Shown here one piece after another: positions 19,118 to 26,811 of a DNA stretch of 64,000 nucleotides. This DNA is from Bacillota bacterium (GTDB lineage: Bacteria > Bacillota > DTU025). Under the pieces are notes generated by a model that did no database searches, was not told where the DNA came from, and saw nothing but the letters and a program-made list of their open reading frames with translations. Made by a program: the position numbers and the translations under genes. The DNA lies in assembly GCA_050951805.1 (NCBI GenBank), contig JBMNJT010000003.1, positions 129,163 through 193,162 on the forward strand, read 5' to 3'. Within the stretch, counting starts at the first letter, position 1. The number at the start of each line of letters is the position of its first letter.

Positions 19118-19369
19118 GAAGCAGCGATATAATACGTTCGCTTTCGTGGCGGCACGGTCGCAAGCAACAACCTGAGAGATGTTAGGGAATACTGTGAGGA
19201 GCATCATATGGGGCTCATTGAAACGGCAGACATCATGTGCCATGCGGTAGCTCAAGGGCTCATGTCGATTTCAGACGGTGAGAATCTTTGGAAGAGAATG
19301 AAGGCTCGCCGTCGCAGACTCCCGGATGGGGACTTCGCCGATGTGTTCAGGCGTGTCCAGGATTCTTGA
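19118..19369 (+). pseudogene. C-terminal remnant of a PIN-like protein
   Basis: Own translation: EAAI*YVRFRGGTVASNNLRDVREYCEEHHMGLIETADIMCHAVAQGLMSISDGENLWKRMKARRRRLP. It has an internal stop, lacks an N-terminus and resembles PIN-type partners of HTH/ImmA genes. Confidence 0.55.
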
Positions 19370-19872
19370 ACGATGTATAGTTGACCCCGATAGGGCTCGG
19401 TTATGATCAAAACCGGTGAAGCGGTGTCAAGAGATGGGAAATGAGCTGCCATGAGACTGGCGATTGTGAGATAAGCCTGGGCAACCCGGCGCGATTAACC
19501 ACTTTGTGACTATGTTCTCAAGGCTGATGGCACCGATGTAGGCGACGAGGGAGCGGTCTCCTGGGCTAATAATCTATCCGATGAAGAATTGGAGACTGTC
19601 GTGTGGGCAAGAGGACTCGTTTCCGACATGGCGGTACTCGACAATTTACTCAGGGGGGCGGGGCATTGACGTTGCGAGCTACCGATTGCACATGTGATTG
19701 AAGCTAAATTCCAACTGGCACCTGGAGTTCACCCTCAACATGATGCAGTAGAAGACGAGCTTCTCTGGGCGTGGCCTCTAGACCCGTCGCGCTGAGCTGC
19801 AAGATGTAGACGCCATAGCCCATGATGCCAATAAGAGCCAGTCCAAGTTGCTTGCATATGAACCTTCATCCG

Positions 19873-21213
19873 TCAGGCCAGCTGTATATCCAAAGCCTCC
19901 ATGGAGTCGCAGCGTTTCCTGGCATCGTAGGACTCCTCAATGAAATAGGCGACTCGGATGCCAGGTTGAAGTTCATGCTTGGGCCCCTTGAAGGCCTGTC
20001 TATTGAAGTAGTAGTTGTTGCCATCATCGTCCCTGATGAACCCGGCTCCAGATGGTAGCAGGTTTGCCACTGTGCCTGTCCCGCGGGGGCTGAGGTTTAG
20101 TCTGACGCTCTGCCAATATCTCTCAAGCTCCGGCTTGAGGTCATGGAAGCTATCGATGTCATTATCGGTAATCCCAAGGCTACTACAGACACTGTCGAGC
20201 TTTGTGTTGGTGCCCCAACCCATCCGTTTCCGTTCTCCCGCGGCATAGGCAGCATGCTTTTTCGCCATATCATCTTCGTTGCACGCTATGAGGACCTGAG
20301 CGATTGTGAGAAAAACCTCCCATCTTTTGCTCATGTCGGTGGAATTGTCTATAGCAACTGCTTCTACTCCACACCGAAGCGCGGAATCCAGATCCCCCTT
20401 GCCCAAATATGCCTTGGCCAGAACATGCCTGATAAACCACTCTTTCTTCTGGCGAAGGACCAAACGGAGAATCTCGATCGCTTCATCATGCCGGCCAAGT
20501 TCAACAAGGCACACACCTTTTCGGTATTTCATCCAGATCTCGAAAGTTGGATGAATCTCGGGAAAGGCTGTGAGTGCTTCATCGCAGAGGCATAATGCCT
20601 CCTCGTGGCGTGCAAGGGATTGCAGAGCCTTCACGCTAGCGTTGTAGTAACGTTCTCTGTCTGACGGCGTTCTGATTTGTTTGCCATCATTTCCAGTCCA
20701 ATAGCTCGCATTGGTCTCAAGCTCGTGGGGGTCGAGCCTGCCGGTCCATTCCAAAACCTGCTGGGCTGCGCTACTAGTGGCCCTTGGGCCAAGATAGTTC
20801 GTCACCTTAAAGCACGTGAGGATGTATGGAGACATGCGCGAATTCCATTGGCCTTCCGTAAGACGGACTATTTCATTTGCTGCCCCAAAAAACTCCTGCG
20901 GATTATCGGCGATTTCCTCGCGCTCCTTCTTGGCGTAGAGGTAATAGAGGCACCACGCGTGCACGTTTCGTATGGGGCCAAATTCCGGCCATTCCTGTTC
21001 TACCTCGTGGCATACAGCCAGGCTCTGCTCATAGTGGCCGACATGCTTAAGGCAGAATGCAAAGCCCCACCCGTCCCATTCGTTCGCATTGCCTCTGTGT
21101 TGCTCCCAGATGACGCTGTAGAATGGCAAGGCCTCTTCGATGCGGCGCCCTTTGCGCAGCTCCTGTGCTTTGCGCCGCAGTTCGCGCAGATCCGCTTGCG
21201 TCGACTCTGTCAT
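19873..21213 (-). CDS. TPR-repeat protein with C-terminal cold-shock/OB-fold domain
   Basis: Repeated TPR-like helices (GHYEQSLAVC, ARHEEALCLC, GRHDEAIEIL, GDLDSALRC) and C-terminal GTVANLLPSGAGFIRDDDGNNYYFNRQAF...LQPGIRVAY. Confidence 0.8.
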   Translation of the reverse strand: MTESTQADLRELRRKAQELRKGRRIEEALPFYSVIWEQHRGNANEWDGWGFAFCLKHVGHYEQSLAVCHEVEQEWPEFGPIRNVHAWCLYYLYAKKEREEIADNPQEFFGAANEIVRLTEGQWNSRMSPYILTCFKVTNYLGPRATSSAAQQVLEWTGRLDPHELETNASYWTGNDGKQIRTPSDRERYYNASVKALQSLARHEEALCLCDEALTAFPEIHPTFEIWMKYRKGVCLVELGRHDEAIEILRLVLRQKKEWFIRHVLAKAYLGKGDLDSALRCGVEAVAIDNSTDMSKRWEVFLTIAQVLIACNEDDMAKKHAAYAAGERKRMGWGTNTKLDSVCSSLGITDNDIDSFHDLKPELERYWQSVRLNLSPRGTGTVANLLPSGAGFIRDDDGNNYYFNRQAFKGPKHELQPGIRVAYFIEESYDARKRCDSMEALDIQLA

Positions 21214-21276
21214 TCTCCATACCTCCGATCAATTATGGGCTCTGCTGCAAAAGCGTCACTTGTCTGTCGCTAGCTC

Positions 21277-22116
21277 TTAAATGGCGGCCATAGCCTTGTA
21301 GTTCCGCTCCAATTCCGCAAAGTCATAACGCACCTCGTCAAGTTCGGGAAAGGCAAGTCCGCGCGCATGAGCTTCGTCCTTTAAGGCTATAGCCAGATCT
21401 ATGAAATCGAAGTCGCACTTGGCATACTTCTGTAGCGTCTTGTAGTACACATCTGCCCGCCTCATGGCGGCCTCTGCAGATTGAGACGGGGAAGCACTGG
21501 ATGATTCGCCGCCTAGTAGACTTGTGCGAATGGGTGCCCACAATTTGCCGATGCGGGCTGCGTCTTCACTGTTTGCGGGAGGAGTAGTGAACCTCAGCTC
21601 AAGTTGGTGCTTCGCTGTGTTGTAAATGTCGATTCTTGCTGGGACTCCCTGATTGAATAGGAGGTTCAGCCTTACATAGTGGTTGTAGATCCCGGCAAAC
21701 TCCGCTTGGATGCCCGACTTCGCTAGGGCTTTCAGAAGAAGGTCGGCTGCGGTCCTGGCCTGCTCTATTCTCGTGTGGTTGGTGGCTGGCGTATCTTGCA
21801 TGATCGGCCCAGGTTGCCGGGGTTGCCTTGAGCCTCCAGCCAAGCGGCAGCCTGTCGCAGCGCAGATCTCACAGAGAGTGCTTGCTGCGACATCATCGCG
21901 AATCGCCGCGAGATTGGCTGTGTATACAGCCCTATTGGGAGAGTAGGCCAGAAGAATATCGCCGATGTAATGCTTCCCCTGCGTCACTCTGAGCCTAGCC
22001 TGGTAATCGCGGAATCCGTAGGGATCAGTTTTGGCCAGAAGTTCGGGGCTCGTCTCCCCAATGGTTTTCTCCAGCTCCTGGTATTTCACTGCCAGCTCTT
22101 CTTTGCATTTGGTCAT
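21277..22116 (-). CDS. Hypothetical protein (279 aa), translationally coupled to the helicase
   Basis: ATGA overlap with the helicase stop at 22113-22116 and an intact ORF. Confidence 0.8.
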   Translation of the reverse strand: MTKCKEELAVKYQELEKTIGETSPELLAKTDPYGFRDYQARLRVTQGKHYIGDILLAYSPNRAVYTANLAAIRDDVAASTLCEICAATGCRLAGGSRQPRQPGPIMQDTPATNHTRIEQARTAADLLLKALAKSGIQAEFAGIYNHYVRLNLLFNQGVPARIDIYNTAKHQLELRFTTPPANSEDAARIGKLWAPIRTSLLGGESSSASPSQSAEAAMRRADVYYKTLQKYAKCDFDFIDLAIALKDEAHARGLAFPELDEVRYDFAELERNYKAMAAI

Positions 22117-25100
22117 GGCCTGTCCACCGCCTCCACATTCTTGAACATGCTGAGTGTCACGAGCAGGTCAGCCAGAGCTTCCTTCCCCTCGTCAACAGTG
22201 CCCTGTTGGAGAAGCGCATTCCGAATGTAACTTGCGCGGGTGATGATCCGGACGCATTCTATGCCCGAGTGGAAGCGCTCCAGTAAAACCTCGTTCATGG
22301 CCGCAAAGATCTCCGTATTCTGGTCATGGATGAAACGATGAACCTGGACATCCCCATTGCAGCCCAGCTCGACTTGGTCTCCCCTGATCGTCACTTCGAG
22401 TGTGATGTCGGGGACAGACTTTTCGTCCACTGGGGCAAGGCAGGGGCGGAACTTGCCTTCACCTAGGAGATATGCAAGAAACATCATTGCTGAACTCGCA
22501 TTTATCTGGCTTGCCCATGGACGAGATTCATAGCCCCTAAGGCACCTGTGGCAACCTTGCCTGTCGCAGTCGCAGCTTGCCACAATCTCATAGGCTTCCG
22601 CAAAAAGCTCCATCGAATCGAGATCCGCATAGATATCCTCGAGTCGCAGACAGTTGTTGCCGGTTGCATCGTATAGCGCCACGTATACAACTCTGTTAGA
22701 GCCCGGCAAGGGCGAATCGGAACTTGGGACGAAGTCGGCATCTATCATCATGCCGATTTCAGAATCATCCAGCTTGTACATGCTCTTGATCCCTCTGAGG
22801 ATGGCGAGGGAGGTGCTTATGTAAAGCGATGCGTCGCCGCATACATCCCGCTCAAAACCGAAAACGAGCGTTTCCCGTTCCATCGGATACTCGATGATGA
22901 AATGCCGTTCTGTCGATTGATCGAGGAAACCTGTATCTTTTCTTCGATCGGGGCTGATCGGGCCCCTGTTTGCGATGGTGAGCTGGGCATGGCGTGAATA
23001 TCCGGCCCATAGCACGGCTCTGTAATTGCGCCCCGTATCTATTCGGTCGAGTTTGCATACGATATCTTGCCTGAGAAGGCGTGGACGCTTCTCCGCAAAG
23101 AGCTCGTCTTTTTGCGCGGCGAAGGCGCGATAGACGCGGGACTCGTCGAAAGCAAGCCCCTCTGCCTGGCGGGATTCATATTCCCCGGACGCAAGGATTA
23201 TGAAGACGTCTCCTGCCATGTGAACCTGTTGGCCCGGCACGAATATGTAGGCTGCTAATTCTGGGTCGCGTGAGGATATGATGATTTCATCGGTGAACGT
23301 GTGCGCCCCTATCTCTTTTGCACGCCGGAGACCCTCTTCATCGCAGACAAGCACTTGGTCGTCCCTGAAAGCAAAGTCAGGCATTAGGTTCGTCTGATTG
23401 TAAAGGAACTGCTCGAAGGAGCCCACCCGAGAAGCGGCGGGTTCCTTCAATGCTTTGATCGCATTTGAACACAGCTTGTTCCCGAGGTATTGGCCTATAT
23501 CCATCGGGACATCGATGACGTTTCTTATCTCCTCTGCGAACCTCTCCGGCTCTTCAGCAATTTCTGCAATCCTCTGCCGGAAGCCCGCTTCATCCGAGAC
23601 ATGTCCTGCAAGCGCCATGGCGTTTGCATGCTCGACAGCGACTTTGAGGTTTTTGGCATTGAATGCCGGCGGTGAAACCACACCATCTATCATTCTGTGG
23701 GGATCATGGTAATAGACCATGTCGTTGGGGTTCTGTTCCGAACAGATTGTGACGATCAGCGAGTGCCCGCCACCTTGGCCCCGTCCTGCCCTGCCCGCCC
23801 TTTGGGCGTAATTCGCCGGTGTAGGGGGCACACCCATGAGCAGGATGGCTTGAAGCTTCCCAATGTCGATGCCCAATTCCAGCGTGGGCGTAGCCACTAC
23901 CATGCTTATCTTGCCTGCTGCGAAATCTCTTTCGGTGTCAACACGGTCTACCCGCCTGATTTCAGCGCTGTGAGGCCTTACCCGGTCTGCAAGCTCTTGC
24001 CAAACCTCATGGATTGACGCAAATTCAGACGGTCCTAGGTCGAATTTGAGCTGTTTGGGGGATATGTAGAAATACTGTTTGCCATCGGGTGTGATCCGTT
24101 CGAGAAGCGGCCCGCGGCTGACAAGATCTTTAACTATCGACTTCACCTTCGCCTCTCCGGTTCTGGCTACCATCTTCAGATGTTTGCAGTTGGGGTTGGT
24201 CGACAGCGCTCTGCCGGGGTAGTCACGTAATCCAGAGCGTTGCCCCTCGAAATGGATGCCCAAAAGCGATGTGGCCTGGTGGAGCGAGTATCTTATCGCC
24301 CGACCCTCGAGGTCTGCTGGCAGACGCGGAGCTTGCTTGAGTATGGCGCGTTCCTCCACAAAGACTGACAATACGTCGAGTTCATCCTGCTTAAACTGGT
24401 CAGCATCGACAATCTGCATGAACTCGCGCTTTGGCCCAATGTTGCGCGAAGGAATTGATATGAAGCGGGCAAACCAGACATCGAATTCCTGTGCAAGATT
24501 GCGTTCAGGCTCGGACATCCCGCTGGCGAACTCGGCCAATTCCTCTTGAAGGCCGAGGTGAGCTTCTTCGATATTGGATGGGTTGTGTTGAAGGCAGTAT
24601 ATCCTCAGCATTTCCTCAAAAAGGGCTGAGGCGAACTCATCGTCAAGGATTCGAGATTGTCTGGTGGCTTGCTCACGGCTGTCAACGAAGGCAAGCAGCT
24701 TTCTTCTGGGCCTAGTGGTATCCAGCATGGAACGGGCTATGCAATGCGTGTATTGATAGTCGGCAAACTTTGGCGACATCAAAACCCCAAGCGCCTCTAT
24801 TGCCTCGTCACCGTCTACGCGGAGACGTTCTATAGATAACGGCCCGTTCTCATCGTAAGCAAACTCAATTGACCCGTAACCGCCGATCTGCGCTATGGAG
24901 ACCCTGAAGGTTTCTGTGCAACCTCTGCCTTCCGCCGGCGCATCGTATCCGACAAGAACATATACTTGCAATCCTCGACTGCCCTCATCCGCTTCGAGGT
25001 GAGGAAGCAGGCGGCTGCTTTCAAGCCTGGCGATGCATTTTGCTGTATCTTTGCCATACACGAAGAACAGGGGGGCGCCACATTTGGTGCAGCTTTCCGA

Positions 25101-26543
25101 TTGCCCGGCGTGATACTTCCCACACCTGATGCATCTTCTGAGCAGGCCTTGGATTTCGTGCATGAAGAGGTGGACTCTGAAGTCGAGCACAGGATCGGGA
25201 CGGTTGTGCGGATTTGGATACGCTCTTGCAATGCTCGAGTCTATGAAAGATGCAGCAGCCAGAGATCCCCGCAGAATCTCTTCCGGGCTGCCTGCTCCGG
25301 ATATAGCGTCACTTACGGCGCCTGACAACTCCTCCATGGACTTCGACCCTTTGCGCAACGACTCTGCGATCGCTTGCATGCACGGGCTCGAAAGAAGGAG
25401 CGCGCGTGGGCCATCCGGTGCCAAAAGCCGATCAGGATCGGCGAGATCTTCGCGGGTGAAAGAGGTGCCAAGTAAGGAGTTGAGGTTGGCTAGCGCGGCG
25501 CCGGGAGAGTCCATTGAAGCCACATTGTATCTGAAAACCTTGCACGCGTTCGTGGTTGCGGATTGCAAGTTTGCCTGTGGCGGGTTTTCTGGACGGCCTG
25601 ACTTGGCAGCCGGACGCACAAGGTCGTATTCGTCTGGCGCTACGTCCAACAGCGGACAGATGAACCTGTTCACAGCTTCGCCCGAGTTTCTTGAATCCAA
25701 TGTGGCACTGCAACATATCTGCACGACGGGATTGGGAACGGCGTTCTTCAAGCGCCTGAGGAGAAATCGAAGGTGAGTCGCGCGATTGCCCTTATAGCTA
25801 TGGACTTCATCTAGCACGACAAAACGCAGATGATGGCAGCACTCTGTGAAAAGCCAGCGCTCCTGCGAGCGAGTGAGCATCCTGTCGAGCATCACGTGGT
25901 TGGTGACCAAAATATCGGGCGGTTCTGCCAGCATCTCGGATCTGTAAGCCAGATGGAAACGGCTCTCTCTTTCTACCGTTGCTTCCAATTCGTCGCGGGG
26001 AGTATCGCCGGTGTATACACCGTATGTTATCTCCGCTGCCGAGGCGCATTCGCCTATCCGCCGGAGCTGGTCGGCGGCCAGCGCATTTGTGGGATATACG
26101 ATGACAGCCTTTATCCCTTTTTCACGTTCGCGAAGACAGTAGTCGATTACGGGGATGAGGAAGGACTCGGTCTTGCCGCTTCCCGTTCCGGTGGCGATCA
26201 CGGTATGCCGGCAGGACGAAATGCTTCGGACAGCTTCCTCCTGATGCGCGTACAGCCGCTTTATTTTGGGGAATGGACCAGGAAGATTCTTGCTGAGGCC
26301 TATGGCTGCGCACAATTGGCCAAAGGGCAGTGCGCTCATCTCATATCGCGGGTTTGCCGAAAGAAAAAGGCGGCCGCTGAGCTCGAGAGATTCCATTATC
26401 CACTTGACATCTGAATCCCTCGACACCCCGGTCTTTAGAGCGTGTCTCGCCAGGTTGGCATAGGCATCGCTTACATGCTTTGCAGCCGCGATCGGGTCAT
26501 ACAAGCCGCCGCCATCACGTTGCATATAGCCTGCCCCCCCCAC
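22113..26543 (-). CDS. Large SF2 DEAD/DEAH helicase with DUF1998 Zn domain (YprA/DruE/DpdJ-like)
   Basis: LYAHQ, TGTGSGKT, VYPTNALAADQ, YTGDT, PPDILVTN, DEVH, CSAT, ATPTLELGIDIG, YAQRAGRAGR, internal CIRC..CTKC, LYDATG and CDC...GCHRCL. Start is GTG 26543 or ATG 26525. Confidence 0.9.
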   Translation of the reverse strand: MGGAGYMQRDGGGLYDPIAAAKHVSDAYANLARHALKTGVSRDSDVKWIMESLELSGRLFLSANPRYEMSALPFGQLCAAIGLSKNLPGPFPKIKRLYAHQEEAVRSISSCRHTVIATGTGSGKTESFLIPVIDYCLREREKGIKAVIVYPTNALAADQLRRIGECASAAEITYGVYTGDTPRDELEATVERESRFHLAYRSEMLAEPPDILVTNHVMLDRMLTRSQERWLFTECCHHLRFVVLDEVHSYKGNRATHLRFLLRRLKNAVPNPVVQICCSATLDSRNSGEAVNRFICPLLDVAPDEYDLVRPAAKSGRPENPPQANLQSATTNACKVFRYNVASMDSPGAALANLNSLLGTSFTREDLADPDRLLAPDGPRALLLSSPCMQAIAESLRKGSKSMEELSGAVSDAISGAGSPEEILRGSLAAASFIDSSIARAYPNPHNRPDPVLDFRVHLFMHEIQGLLRRCIRCGKYHAGQSESCTKCGAPLFFVYGKDTAKCIARLESSRLLPHLEADEGSRGLQVYVLVGYDAPAEGRGCTETFRVSIAQIGGYGSIEFAYDENGPLSIERLRVDGDEAIEALGVLMSPKFADYQYTHCIARSMLDTTRPRRKLLAFVDSREQATRQSRILDDEFASALFEEMLRIYCLQHNPSNIEEAHLGLQEELAEFASGMSEPERNLAQEFDVWFARFISIPSRNIGPKREFMQIVDADQFKQDELDVLSVFVEERAILKQAPRLPADLEGRAIRYSLHQATSLLGIHFEGQRSGLRDYPGRALSTNPNCKHLKMVARTGEAKVKSIVKDLVSRGPLLERITPDGKQYFYISPKQLKFDLGPSEFASIHEVWQELADRVRPHSAEIRRVDRVDTERDFAAGKISMVVATPTLELGIDIGKLQAILLMGVPPTPANYAQRAGRAGRGQGGGHSLIVTICSEQNPNDMVYYHDPHRMIDGVVSPPAFNAKNLKVAVEHANAMALAGHVSDEAGFRQRIAEIAEEPERFAEEIRNVIDVPMDIGQYLGNKLCSNAIKALKEPAASRVGSFEQFLYNQTNLMPDFAFRDDQVLVCDEEGLRRAKEIGAHTFTDEIIISSRDPELAAYIFVPGQQVHMAGDVFIILASGEYESRQAEGLAFDESRVYRAFAAQKDELFAEKRPRLLRQDIVCKLDRIDTGRNYRAVLWAGYSRHAQLTIANRGPISPDRRKDTGFLDQSTERHFIIEYPMERETLVFGFERDVCGDASLYISTSLAILRGIKSMYKLDDSEIGMMIDADFVPSSDSPLPGSNRVVYVALYDATGNNCLRLEDIYADLDSMELFAEAYEIVASCDCDRQGCHRCLRGYESRPWASQINASSAMMFLAYLLGEGKFRPCLAPVDEKSVPDITLEVTIRGDQVELGCNGDVQVHRFIHDQNTEIFAAMNEVLLERFHSGIECVRIITRASYIRNALLQQGTVDEGKEALADLLVTLSMFKNVEAVDRP

Positions 26544-26578
26544 TGAAGAAGTATGAGGGTTTAGAACCTAATCATGAT

Positions 26579-26606
26579 ATTCGCACCAAATAGATGAATA
26601 CCCTTC
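26579..26606 (-). promoter_or_regulatory. sigmaH-like promoter for the helicase arm
   Basis: Minus-strand GAAGGG-N16-GCGAAT. Confidence 0.55.
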
Positions 26607-26716
26607 TAGATTCGTCCATACCATTTGCGAGAATTGCATGAAATTTGTAGGCACAAGGGCCGGAAAAGGCGTTACGCAATGTGCAGTCGATCGATTTTCA
26701 CTATATTTGAAAACAG

Positions 26717-26744
26717 GAAGGGATCCTAATAGCTTCCTGCGAAT
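26717..26744 (+). promoter_or_regulatory. sigmaH-like promoter for the NTPase arm
   Basis: GAAGGG (26717-22), N16, GCGAAT (26739-44). Boxes and spacing are identical to the opposite-strand motif. Confidence 0.55.
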
Positions 26745-26811
26745 CAATTACATTATGGAACAACAATCGTTCCATTCATGTTCAATACTGAAAAGACGGG
26801 AGGGAATCAAC

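Noticed and set aside
22113-26543. Assigning the helicase to Druantia, DISARM or Dpd outright
   Set aside because: The helicase family fits, but I recognise none of the defining partner genes (methyltransferase, PLD nuclease, SNF2 helicase, dpdA-K, druA-H) in the window.
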